Shown here: positions 1 through 12,174 of the stretch, one piece after another
Layout of the letters: the number at the start of each line of letters is the position of its first letter
Numbering within the stretch: position 1 is the stretch's first letter
NCBI GenBank assembly: GCA_011109175.1
Contig: RDEW01000008.1
Location: 691,954 to 755,953, forward strand
DNA: 64,000 nucleotides
Source of the DNA: Dicyema japonicum
Lineage: Eukaryota; Animalia; Dicyemida
Direction: 5' to 3'
Made by a program: the position numbers and the translations under genes
Notes under the pieces: generated by a model
Told to the model about the DNA's origin: nothing
Database searches by the model: none
The model's input: the letters and a program-made list of their open reading frames with translations, nothing else

Positions 1-329
1 AGGATGAGTTATTCAATATGGTCAGCCAATTGTAGGATCCCTATTTTATTAATTTTAATTATGCCATAATAAAAGTCTGAGTTGTTGTGAAAACTATTAT
101 TCACGACGATTTATTCTAGAAAGCAAAAATGTTTTTGAGATGCATAAATGTCCATCTATTAATTGGAATGTAATTAATTTTCATATTATGACATTTGAAA
201 GTCTATGCGAACAATTCCGTTCAAAGACCCCTTGAAAATGTGTCTGAGTCCTCTATCCAATTGTAATAGTGAAAATGTATTGTGAGCACAAATCAACTAT
301 ATTTAATAAGTTATTAACACCAATGTTAA

Positions 330-906
330 TTATTGTAAGTGTCTGTCAAAGTAAGTGACATCCATTGGACTTGAAATCCTCCAAGACTCAACAACTAATC
401 TACTCAACTTTTCGATCTCTTTGTATTGCTCCTCAATCATTCCATCAATAAACAACGTCATCTATGATTCAATTAATTTATACATGAAAATCGTCATGTG
501 TGGATGCAAGGTGGTGGAGTTTTTTAATTTTAATAGTGAAATCCTTCTCCATTTCTAAGGAAACTTTAAGGGCGTCTTGAATAGTCTCAATGTTTATGGG
601 ATGACTCTAATGTCAATTACTATAATATACCTTTATATCCCTCAATTCTACCTTTCCTCCTCTGCTTAATACGTAATTCGTGAAAAGTCTTGCATGTGAA
701 ATTTCTTCATCAGACATTTCTTTAAAAAACTTTGCAGCTCCTGGCAATGTGACTGCGAGAGTTCCAAAATGATTTGACTTGACTGAGGCTACTATAGTTA
801 CCATTTGCTGATATTTATAAAATGCAGAATATTCTTCATTAATTTGGATATTTAGAGCTTTCTCCAGTTCAATATTAAAATCATTCCTTAAATTATGAGT
901 ACTCAT
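330..906 (-). CDS. FTH1: Ferritin heavy-chain-like (cytosolic), 4 exons
   Basis: Manual splicing with GT-AG introns 778-801 (24 nt), 607-630 (24 nt), 462-483 (22 nt) gives MSTHNL...INEEYSAFYKY..SDEEISHA..LEMEK..MIEEQY..HLQ*. Ferroxidase-centre E/Y/E/H/E/Q positions are present. Confidence 0.93.
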
Positions 907-1149
907 TGCACAGTCATACAAATTAGAATATTTATATATTAGTCCAATCTGTCAATTTATGACGATATTTAGACAATTACAGTAATTATTGCAAGATTTT
1001 TATTAATTGGGATATTATTCACCTCTATCAGTAATAGCAATGTCCACAGAGTCAGATAAGTTAATTTGAGATTCCACCTATGGGCACTGTAAGTCGTTTC
1101 CATCCTCCCCTATTTCTCGCAACCGCCCTCAGATCAACCAGATCCTCTC

Positions 1150-1570
1150 CTGTTTTCAGCTTTCTTCCTATGCAAATGAGTTCTTTGTCGAGCGTCGAGA
1201 AACAATTCTTTTTTCCGGAAAGGTCTTAGAGCTACCTTCAGGTATATTATGAATCCCTCGAGCGTGGCTGCCCAAGCAATTTGATTCGTCCCGCTTTTTC
1301 CCCACTTTTGAATTCCAATCTCCCGCTATAAAGAGCATGTAGGAGCTTGACAAGGAGGAGTAATCCGATGATAAGGACGAGTAGAAATTTTCAAGTTCCT
1401 CAGCGTCGGCGGATACCCTAACTGTGGTGGGTGCATATACATTGATAATCGATAGAGTAGTATTACCGTTGTTTCCGAGGCGTAGTTGGAAAATGGCAAT
1501 CCTGTTGTTGATACTCTATGCTCTATGAGCCATCACAGCTGCGTCCACGAGTATAGCGAACCCCAACTCA
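1150..1570 (-). mobile_element. RTE-clade LINE, APE endonuclease fragment (decayed)
   Basis: SIINVYAPT...ENFYSSL and FIAGDWNSKVG motifs with stops. Confidence 0.8.
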
Positions 1571-1670
1571 TTTCTAACGAACATTTATATAAGTCATTAT
1601 ATTAGGTTACACGAGAAAACTCTCAGAGTTCTGTATTAAAATACTTTCGGAGGAATAATTAAAAAATATA

Positions 1671-2507
1671 CAGTAAAGTCCCTTAAATTGGCCCAAAATT
1701 GTTCCTGAACTATTGCGGCTAATTTGAGAATTTGGCCAATTTGGGAATTTGAAACACCTGGGTAATTCAGATTTTGAAATCATAACTGGCTTTAATTTAT
1801 GGGTTCCAGTTATATTTGTACTTAACAAAATTGAAACCGATCTTTAAAAATTATATCCACCAAATCGTGTTTTTCATATACTCTTGGACGAAATATAATA
1901 AAGTCCTATCTTGTCCATATTTTAAATTTCGTCTTTTTTATAATGTTTGGAAATTTCTTCAGTGATCTACAAATCCTTCTAGGTCAAATTGTTTGTCAGT
2001 TATCATTTCCCCGTGTAATTTATGCATTCGAAAACCAAGCTTAGTATCAAGTTCAGGAAATTTTAACGATTTGCATGTCTTTGAAGAAGGAATATAATTT
2101 TTAGATGTTTTTAATATGGACTCTAGGAAATTAAGGAATATTATTCACTGTTTTTCTTGATTTCGAATATTAAATAAAATAGAAAATCTGAGAGTGATTG
2201 TTTGGCACGGTGTAGTATTATTCTAGTCTTAATACCTAAAAATTTCGAGTTTTTGGAAACTATTTAGCTTTGACGAGAAGCTTTCAAACACGAGGTAAAA
2301 TTTTTAATCTGAAATTTTTATTTTTAATAAAATAATTGAAAAAGATTAGTAAAAATAAATTTTATGTTTTTTAATAATGTGTGGCTAATTTCTTAAGAAA
2401 ATTGGCTTTTTTGAAACCCTGACGTGAACTTGTAGCCATAAATTGACCAATTTGAGAATTTGAGAATTGGCCAATTTAAGGGTTGGCCAATTAGAGGGAC
2501 TTCACTG
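1671..2507 (-). mobile_element. pogo/Tigger deletion derivative (837 bp) with TIRs and TA TSD
   Basis: Left end cagtaaagtcccttaaattggcc; right end reverse complement cagtgaagtccctctaattggcc; TA on both flanks; internal remnant GTHKLKPVMISKSELPRCFK (DDE_1-type). Confidence 0.85.
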
Positions 2508-2824
2508 TAATTTGCGTATTGGTTGAGGTGGTGAAGACGCCTCTATTGCACTATGTCTTATTCGTATTCCTTCCGACTTCTCCGTTCACTCTGGGATCTT
2601 TAAATTGCAGAGGACTTAAACAACCTTACAAGAAACAAATGCATGTGATCTAACAAAATACGACTATAAGAGACAAAAACGACCGTACAATTTACAGAAC
2701 TGTTTAGAAAATTCCACCTTTTTACCCTCTCATCGGCATGCCGACATTATGGTTTCGGATTTGCAGTCCATCAGGACCTGATTCACTGTGTTATAAGAAT
2801 ATGGGCAGCATCTAACATTATAAT

Positions 2825-2935
2825 GGAAATGGCGGATGACCTAGACTACCTAAGAGAACTAGCGCGCAACGGAGGATTATGGTCGGGGCTGACGGAGAGG
2901 ATGATTAGGAATACGGCACAAAGGAAACTTAACTA
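2825..2935 (+). mobile_element. RTE LINE C-terminal fragment
   Basis: DDLDYLRELARNGGLWSGLTERM matches the C-termini of other RTE copies in the window. Confidence 0.6.
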
Positions 2936-4035
2936 ATTTTATGTTTTCTTGGGAGTGCTTTTTAATAATAATTGATGCTTTGCGTAATTTAGAGAAAATA
3001 TTGTAAACAGGGAGAAGAAAGTCTCGGGCGATGTTGTGTTTATCGGTTAAAACTTTTCTTTTTATCACCCAGGGAATCCTTCTACCATCACTACGATGCG
3101 ATGAGGTTTTTTTCTCTGTATGATATGGGGGACATGGAGATTAGTTATAAAGATACCTCTCTGGTGAGTCTGAGAAATTTAAATAAGAACCATGAGAATT
3201 TACAGAGACAAGCTCGATCAGGATGTTCGACCTATCTACGATGCTTTAGATTGGCGAGTGACGTCATCAGTGAATAACTGCAGAAGTTATTTTTATTCTA
3301 ACTCTCACGAAAGTGCTGTTTTTAACAAAATATTAAACTTAATAGTAATTTTTTCCGATAATATTTTTATTGAGATTTAAAATATTCATTTAACATCATC
3401 TTCTAGTCTTTGGTTAAAATTAGTATATTTTCAAATTTATTGTCAAAGATAAAGAATCACCCATGATATAAAATATCTACAAAAAGTGACTAAATTCACA
3501 ATTAATGAAATTTTTATATGTTTTAGTGATCATAATTCGGTGATATCAGTTTTGTGAACGTAGAATCACTAAAGACATTTCCCTCCACGAGATCAGGTGA
3601 CTGCCTCTGGTTTATTATTTTTGTATAATCCAACAATTTAGAGTTGAAAAGTAGTCTATGTTTTTGTAAAATTACTTTTTTAAACGTGTTTGTCATAATT
3701 CATCCATAATCTCCTTTAATGAAAAACTAAAGTTTTAATTTTGTCCAAAAACATATTTGACATTCCCAGGAACAAAAATGTGAGACCTTAACACCGGTCA
3801 CCACTGATCCCGAGTGAAAGCGGATGAGAGAATAACAACTTTCCATACGAAGAGCTGGGATCTGCTTTCGTATGTCCAGTTTATTGTAAATTGTTTATAG
3901 AATCCCCAGTAATGAGGCATTTAGACAAGATCCATGTTATTTTAATTGTCTATTCTTAATTATATTTAAAATAATTTATTTACTCTAACTTTCTAGATGT
4001 ATCACTTTTATAATTAAGATAATTTTAAGATAAAA

Positions 4036-4254
4036 AAATACGACAGCCTCTCTACAAGATTTTATTTTCAGCCCATTGTTGTCGAGACAAGTGGAGTCTT
4101 CGGGACCAAGACGGTCTCTTTTCTAAGATCGCTTGGGTATATGATCTCTAAAATCAACAACGAGCCTCGGGAAACCGAACGGTTGTTCCAATGGATTTCT
4201 CTGTCAGTCGTCAGGGGGAACAGCCATTCCATTATTTCAGCTGGATTATTTTGA
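4036..4254 (+). mobile_element. CRE-like LINE, REL endonuclease C-terminal fragment
   Basis: KYDSLSTRFYFQPIVVETSGVFG...WISLSVVRGNS, homologous to 13440-13660. Confidence 0.8.
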
Positions 4255-4299
4255 TTTTCTTGTTTTCGTAATAAATAGTTTTTCCTCCATTATAATTCG

Positions 4300-4510
4300 T
4301 AGTTGTGGTAACATATTCTGACTTATGGCCACGGTCCTTATGCTATACGATATTAACTAGTATTATTGCAACTAATTATTAATCAAATATGAGAGTTCGA
4401 TCCTCTCTACTGGCTACGTAGTCAAAGGTTTCTCTTCCTTCTACTATAGTAGCAACATGCTATTCACCTGTCTCAGGTGACGCTTGGTACCGAGGGAACT
4501 GGAATAAAAA
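4300..4510 (+). repeat. Putative tRNA-derived SINE-like repeat
   Basis: B-box/T-arm-like gagagttcgatcctctc near 4391-4407; body (cacctgtctcaggtgacgc, 4465-4483) homologous to 53620-53637 on the minus strand; A-rich end. Confidence 0.4.
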
Positions 4511-4599
4511 AAATCAAAAGACCACGGTAACACTTTCCAAAAGTCCATCGTTCCGTAATTTTATAAGCCCTTTTTAGTTAACATAAATCTTCATGGAAC

Positions 4600-5740
4600 T
4601 TGTCCAGGAAATGAATGAACCCATATGGTGCATGCATAAATACATGGTCCAATTCAGTGTTTCTCAACTTTATTTCGAATCGTCCCTATAATAACTATCG
4701 TAATTTTATAATTAATTAGTATTTTTATAAAAATGTTAATGTTCCCTTGACCTGGGTTAAGGTTTACCAGATGCTCAATATTTGGGATTCCTTTAGTAGC
4801 ACCTACTCTGATATCCTCTCGCAGATAGTTAAATTATTCTGCTTCTTACTAATCATATGGTTAAGTATATTTTTTTCTGAAAACTAAATCCTTCTTGTGA
4901 TTTCAAAAAAGTAACAATATAAGTAATTTAGCAAATCCAAACAATTCCCATTTGATAACCATCTATTTTCTGTATGTATAAGAAACGAACCTAATCTTCC
5001 TGATCAATAGAATATTCATGGAAAAAACCAGATTGTGTCTGTGCAAAATGAAATGAACAACTATCGCATTTGAATAATTTTGTTTTAGAAATGCCATAAA
5101 TCCAAGATATTTTCCGACCATGCCAATTCACCTCAGCTGCACAAGATAGTATATTTTCGAATGGTATATTATTTAGGTATTAATTACATAAAAACGATAA
5201 TTACAAATTACAATATCTTTAAAACGTTGTATTATTTTTACCAATAAAACAGATTGATTATCGAATACAACTCATGATGCACTGAAAATTTTGTTTTTCT
5301 GAGATTAATAATTAAGGAATGTTAGAGATCCTTATCTCGTCAATTCTTTTTTTAGTAATTCGGAAGATTCCCACTGCAGAATATGTTTTATAGACAATTC
5401 TACACAGAAAGTACATTTCTCTCAGAATCGAATGAGGATTACCTACATAAATTAAAATAAGAAAAACCAGTATTGGCGATAATTTCTGGAACTTTATATG
5501 AGTACACAAACCCTGAATAGTCTGAGGATTTGTAGGTGTTATTAATGAAGTTAGTTTAATCCTTTTGTATAGTTTTGCATTAGGCTTATAAAAATTCAGT
5601 ATCTTTTCCTATTGATTGAAGATGCTTGCGTTTTGCGTGTTCTAATAAGCAAGATAGCTTTATCGATTCGTTAGAAAAATCCGCAGCACATTGCAAACAC
5701 AAGGGTTAAGTGGATCCTTTGGATTTTGAATAAAACCATA
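4600..5740 (-). mobile_element. hAT Buster/SPIN-like transposase remnant
   Basis: CLQCAADFSNESIKLSCLLEHAKRKH (ZBED5/FAM200-type N-terminal Zn finger), GNPHSILRE and MVGK..GFMAFLKQ..VVHFILHRHNL (CxxH-region equivalent); many stops and frameshifts. Confidence 0.6.
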
Positions 5741-6574
5741 ATATAATTATTTATATATTCTTTTATTTTTAAAAGGTCACAAAAGTTTCATGCTTTATTA
5801 TTTAAATTATTTAAATAAATTTATTTGTAAATATATCATAATTAAACCCGTAATTAAAAAATCTCTTCAGTCTTCTTTTCACATTTTGTCATTATATTTT
5901 CAACATGGGGCGAGAATGACATGTGCATTAAAATCACCCCAAGGATCTTTTTGGATCTTCTAAACGGGACAACGTCATTGTTTGTTTCCAAATCGACCGC
6001 CGTTCTCCTAATCCCCTCCGACAAATAAGAGGTTAGCCAACCAGACTTTCAAGGGATTTTGTTTTTAAAATTTTCCAAATAAGAATCTTTCTAGACACAA
6101 AGTCGAAAACTTATGAACGTCAATAGAGCAAAGTACTGTTCATGTGTCCCCTCCTGTGCGAAAACTCATAACGTACTAAGTTAGTCAAGACTGATAGGTG
6201 TGTTGAAGTAGAAATATCCTTTTTAAACTTAAGATGACTGGCGGTCACATCTAATTTTTTTTGTTAATTTTAAAATTATTTATAAAAAAGTTAATTATTT
6301 GCAATTCGAATATTTCAGTCTATCAATTCATTGCTTTAATGTTTGAGATTATTATCATTGAAGTATTTAAGGAAGAGAATAATGTACCCCATAATGTCTT
6401 TATTTGCAATAAGACTAAAACATTGGCATTAGAGATCGTTTACGACTCTTCCCAATCCCCCTAGTTGATAAAGGAATCGTGAACAAAACGAAGTGTGACT
6501 CAAAGACCTTACGAAGGGTTTCTGTAGGACTTAAGACAGTAAAGTTAGCGAATATTAATAATAAAGGAAGTAAT

Positions 6575-7167
6575 TTAATTTTTCCAGTAATTATGTGTTT
6601 CTGAGTTATCGTGCCACCTTGCAATGGTCTAAAATAAGTAAACAAAGAACTGGGTTATATCCCAAAGTATTAAGGAAACTGTAGTCAGTGTCAGTGTAGT
6701 GATTTCCGAGCATATAATTAATATTTTGATCTAATAATAAATAGTAATAAACTGTAGTATGGATTGTTTGTGTTTTGGTTGGGATCGACTCCCCATCTCA
6801 TTAGATTGTATGAATCAGAACTAAATATAAAAATAAATATAAGTGATTGACCTAATTATAATATTTACCTTTTGTTTTGGTAACAATAATCATTCGAATA
6901 TCGAGGACTCCAATAGTCAAAATTAGTGGACATGTCGAAGGAATTACTTTGGTATATTCCTGGGTTTGATGAAAATGATGTCTTTGGGTGAATTTGTTTA
7001 GGTTCTTCAAACAAAGACGGATTCAAGTTTCGAGATCTCATCGGGACGTGTTTTTTTATTTTTGTTTTAAAGTCATTCATTTCTGAGTAAAATATATTGC
7101 AAATATTTTCTGGAGAATCCATCTCCTGATTGCTGCTGCCATCATAATTTGTAAAAGAATTGTCCAT
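6575..7167 (-). CDS. Orphan Asn/Tyr/Ser-rich protein, 4 exons (predicted)
   Basis: MDNSF... ORF stays open across a 48-nt intron (6821-6868) and two 22-nt GT-AG introns, ending ...THNYWKN*. No domain recognised. Confidence 0.55.
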
Positions 7168-8149
7168 ATTCCACAAAGTCAATGATAAATACTAATAATG
7201 AGAGCAGCAAACCCAATTTGACTAAAATAGGCTATATTATATTTACTTTATTATTTATTTATAATATTATTAATATTATTCTTTTCCATAATATTTATTA
7301 ATTATAAAGTTCTGCCTTTCCTATCCCACCGGCTATTTTTATGGTTTTGTAATATCCACCTTCTCTCTTTAATTCACTGTTGACTTGACACCATTACCAC
7401 AACACCTTAGAAATAATTAATAATTAGTTTTTATTCGCTTATCTTTATTGTTTGATTAAGCAGTAAACTTATAGTTTTAGGCTATATTTTTCCACTCTGC
7501 TTTTACTGTGCAAAAGTATTAAGAGAAGAATATCAAACAAATTACTAAAAATACCCTTAAAATATTATTTAACAAATAAAATTCTCTTTAAAGCATCAAA
7601 CAGTGAGTTAACCATTTATGCACAGTGAATTTCTTGTGACAAATTGTCATTATTCGAGGTGTTTATATTTTTAATTGTAGTGAAACTGTTTTTCCTCTTT
7701 CCACGCACCACTAAATCCTTTAGATGTCTTTAATGAGTTATTCCCAGTGGGAACATTAAACTATACTTGTTCACATTTATGTCTCTGAATATCCGTCAAT
7801 AAAAACGAAAATTTATTAAGTTATACAATATATTCTGTCAAGTTGTCTTTGGCATACATTTTCTACATTTTATTGGCAAACGTAGGGGGACGTAATTCCC
7901 TCAAACATGTATGCTTTTTAACTTATGCAAGGGAATATCTGAATCAACAAAATCTTTAGTAGGCTTACGTATTCAAAAGTCGATAAATGACAAAATCAGA
8001 TATTGGTGTCTATGGAATAGTAATTAAAGTAATAAATCTGTTAGTTTGAGATGTTTCCTAGACTCAATAAAAGCTGTTTTGTATTTAAAAGTATTCTGTT
8101 TAATAGACCATATTGTCAGTTTATAAAAATTATCCATAATATTTTGTAG

Positions 8150-9210
8150 CACACTCACCTTACAGTGTCAGAATGATCCGTCTATTACTTGGAACAACAG
8201 TTAAGTGTACGTTTCGGAAATTTGGAGTCTGTCTCATTCGAGACAACGTTCGGGGTACCCCAGGGAAATTCCTCGTTATCGGTACTTTTTGTGACATATC
8301 TGGAGGCGGCACTCAAAGACTTCAGGCTATTAATTGGCGACTTACCTCAAACTGAAGTGATTTATGCAGATGATAGCGACTACATATCCAGCGACGAGAA
8401 AACATTAAACCATATACGAACAAGGATACCAGATGTGCTGGAAAAATGATTCATCAAAATCAATACGGAGAAGACGAAGACAACAACCATACGTCGTGAG
8501 TTAACCGAACTGATGAAAAATGGAGATACTATAAAAAAGTGGGGTCGCTGCTCGGAGACCCTGAGGATATCACCAACAGGAAAATGTTAGCCGTCGCGGC
8601 CTTTAGAAAAATGGGAGCAGTATGGATTCACCGTAAACAAATCAGCACACAATTACGTGTAAGACTATACAATGCCTTCGTAAAACCGGTTCTAATGTAC
8701 AATGCTGCAACCTAGGGAGTCTCGCAAGCCTCAATGGACAAACTAGATTCCTTCCATCGTAAACAACTCCGAATGCTGCTTGGGATCAACTGGCCAAAAA
8801 AATAACAAACAAGAATCTAACAAAAATGTTTAATGCAAGACCATTGAGTCTGGATATCCTTGAATCAAGATGGCGTCTATTTGGTCACATCCTTCGGATG
8901 AGCTAGAGGACGCCTGTTAAAATAGCAATGGAGAACTACTTCTGCCCAGAAGTGAATACCTCGTTCCGTGGAAGACCTCGCATAACTTTGCCAGAGGTTC
9001 TACACAAGGACCTGACCAATGTAAGACAAAAGCTGAAAACATGAAATGATTTAGATACGCTCAAAATAATTGCCAGTAACCGTGGAGCATGGAGGAAGTT
9101 AGTTAAGAGAATTGTGTGAGAAAGAATAAGCTTAAGAAAAATACGGCACAAGCGGAACCTTAATTAAATAAATTACTTTTTAGGTTTTTCGAAAGTGCTA
9201 TTAATAATAC
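8150..9210 (+). mobile_element. RTE LINE, 5'-truncated (RT C-half, C-terminus, 3' UTR), decayed
   Basis: GVPQGNSSLSVLFVTYLEAAL, YADDSD, FRGRPRITLPEVLHKDL; 3' UTR matches 50300-50400 (minus). Confidence 0.9.
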
Positions 9211-10759
9211 ACTCACTTTTTCAATAACTCTCTTGATTGAAATAAAAATCAATAAATTTTTTACTTTATTGACCTAAAAATCAAATTTTTACCAAATTTG
9301 ACACTACAAAATTTTTGACTTTTAACTTTTGATTTGATAATAGTTTTGGTGGCAGTGCAAAATTTTGTGCACATTTGGACCAACATTGGGTAATGTGTGA
9401 ATACTCTGTACCTTTTGAGTATTATTCTTCATGTAATTGAACTGAGAAAAAATCACGTTTCTTACTGTGATGTTTCAAAAAAATGAGTGCTGAATTCTGA
9501 TTGGAAGGATCTGAATATGTGGAAACGAAAAAATTCCTCAGTTGTCGTTCTATTTAAATCTATTCTCAATTGCAATACCTGTTAAAGGGAAAACCAACGC
9601 AAATTCGAATTCCATTGCCATTTTTGCTCTTTATTTTCCCATATGAGCTGTGTGCGATTGTCCAATGTTGCGGCATGTGCTATTTCGATTTGGAATTTTC
9701 CAACCAACTACTACTGCCACTCCGAAACAGCTCTCGCTTTATGGGAAATATCCATAAATTGAGTCAGGATTTCGCGGATATGAACGATATGCTCTCTATA
9801 CAAAAAAATTTGTTAATTTATTTATTAACCTCGGCATATAATCTTCGGTAAGCCCAGAGCACAAATAGTCACAACTAATCAATCTAAGGAAATAACCCAA
9901 GGGAGAGCGTCTGCTTTTGCAGACCAAATCCATCCCTCAATAATCCATTAAAAGCTTCCGCTGCAGAAGAGAGTTGGAGAAGTAGGTCTTCCCTTTCCAA
10001 TTTTCGTCGCATTTCCTACCGTTGCAGACTTGACTTGATTAAATTTTGACTTGTAGATTATTATCAATCATAAATATTAAGATTGATTTTTTATGTTTTT
10101 TGCCTTTTAATATTATAAAATACTATATTTATGTCTGTCTAACTCTGTTGACTATTCAAACGTATTTCCCTCATATTCACGATAGAATAAACGTGCAGTT
10201 ATAACTCGTTTTTTTATTTAGAGAATATTCGTAAATCCCAAATAGTTTAGATGTTGTATTAAAAAATATAGAAAAAAGATGGATGACAACCGTGTTCCCT
10301 CTATTGCCACAGTGATGCTTGCATCTGTCCTCATAGAACAAACCTGATGTGCAAAAGGCGCATCCATTTTTCACCAAACGAGGAAATATTTGTTGCTAAG
10401 GAGAATCACTTTTATATCTCAATAATTCTGAGGAAGAATTCCAATCGGGATTCCTAAGCAGGTTCGATTCCTTTCCCGACTTATTAGCACTGCGGTTTAA
10501 TCTTCAAATAAACAACAATGGAGGATCTATGCTCTTCTATCTGATTCTCAACAATTTCAGGCTAATCAATCTATCTTTTCCTTCATCAAGGGCCAATCAT
10601 TGGCATTCCATTTTAGGAGTAGTCGTTCTTCTTAAAACTATTTTGGACACTCCAATTTCCGATTTGTTGAAACTAGAAGATGCTACTAGTCTCAGAAGAT
10701 GTTAGGGCCATAAACTTCTTGAATGTGATATGAAGGTCTCCCTGAGCCTCTTCACGATA

Positions 10760-11010
10760 CTCCATGCCTCTCCTCAGCCTTCATACTTTCCAAAGTCTTC
10801 CGTAGCACTAGCGTTTATAAGCTTTGACCCTCTCCTTCATCTTGAGGGCATCCAGGTGGCTGTTGAAGAATCTGGAGACAATTCCACCCCAGGTGATGAC
10901 CACATGGATTATTTTTACCTTTTCACGATGAATAATCTCTAGTTCGTTCGTCAGTAGGTCATACTTGTGGAACTTTTCTACCTCGACCTGCTTGAGGCAG
11001 TTTTGATAAT
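10760..11010 (-). mobile_element. R4/NeSL-like LINE, REL endonuclease C-terminus
   Basis: QVEVEKFHKYDLLTNELEIIHREKVKIIHVVITWGGIVS...LRKTLESM; same family as 33570 and 39500. Confidence 0.8.
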
Positions 11011-11119
11011 TATGTAATTTTAATATTATATTAAAAATTCCCTCTTGTGAATTTTAAGCATTTTAGTATTTTTCTCACTACTGTACGAAGTTGATGAACA
11101 GTTAGACACAGATTCTTAA

Positions 11120-11590
11120 ATATGTTTGACCCAGCACGACGAAATCTGATTGATCGGACGGTTTGTAAGACTGCAGTAGGGAGAGCCTAGAATGACACGA
11201 TTACTCTTCAGCCTTTGCAGACGTGACGGAAGATAACCTGATCAGATAACCATTTTAGAAGCCGGGAAACCTCTTTTCTGAGATATCATTTGCACCAACA
11301 AATTTGCTCCTAGCAACCACTTTAAAGTTCCTTATAAAGCTTGCTCGGTAGCTATAAAAGCAGAAGTGTTGAAGAGAAGGAAATATGCTGACTTAAAAAA
11401 TAGAATGCAGTTTATTCCAATCGCTGTGGAGATTTACGATGTCATTCTTAATTTTTTGATCGTTTTAATAGATCGCTCAAAAATGCATGAAGTTTCTGGA
11501 AATATTGACAAACAAACATGTTTTCAAATTAATAGGGTCCTCATCGAAATTATCAGGAGAATGCTTTTATGTCCTTTCGATGATTAAAAG
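11120..11590 (+). mobile_element. CRE-like LINE 3' fragment (REL), decayed
   Basis: RRDGRI*PDQITI..GKPLF*DIICT..AEVLKRRKYADL..FIPIAVE. Confidence 0.8.
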
Positions 11591-11639
11591 GAATAGGAAT
11601 AATCACATGTCTTATCGTCGCGGTCATCAATTCATTCTT

Positions 11640-12050
11640 ATGGAATAGTTTCCATAATGTTATCTTTAGAAGATTTGGTCAACAAGATCCCTTTCAACTA
11701 CTATGTCGTGCCAGTAGGTCTCGTTGTATCATGAGTTAGATCTGTCTGCTATGAATTGACCTTCGCTGAAAACTCCGTCTTTCGGATTCGAACCCACGAC
11801 GACCAGATCCGATGTTATCAGACGTTAGGACATCGTTTGGACTTAACTGGCCTGAGAATCGACAAGAAGGCTCTATATAGTATTTGCTCGTCTGGTCCTT
11901 TGAACCTCGAGATCAATAAACCTCTAGAGAGGTTAGAAGAATTAGTAAAAGAGTCATCGATGAAATTGGAAATGCAATCGCAACTTAACTTAGAACCTAC
12001 GTGATGGAGATGGTTTTCTCAGCCATCGACCGCGACAATGCTCATTGTCG
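11640..12050 (+). mobile_element. Second CRE-like 3' fragment (different subfamily)
   Basis: RRPD-like motif and C-terminal ...VFSAIDRDNAHC (QRGNA-like); its 5' part is homologous to 37980-38230 (minus). Confidence 0.5.
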
Positions 12051-12174
12051 TGTCTGATTTGTTTTTATTGTTTAATAAAATGTTTTATACCTTAAAAGTT
12101 CTATGTAATTGTTTGAAGTGTTAGATTATTTTTAATGAAATTTAGATAAATTTATTTATTAGTTTTGAATAAAT

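Noticed and set aside
907-1000. Iron-responsive element upstream of ferritin
   Set aside because: No CAGUGN loop hairpin seen in the proximal upstream sequence.
3780-3900. Hairpin-rich GC patch as an snRNA or ribozyme
   Set aside because: One hairpin only, with no recognisable U-snRNA, hammerhead, twister or HDV core.
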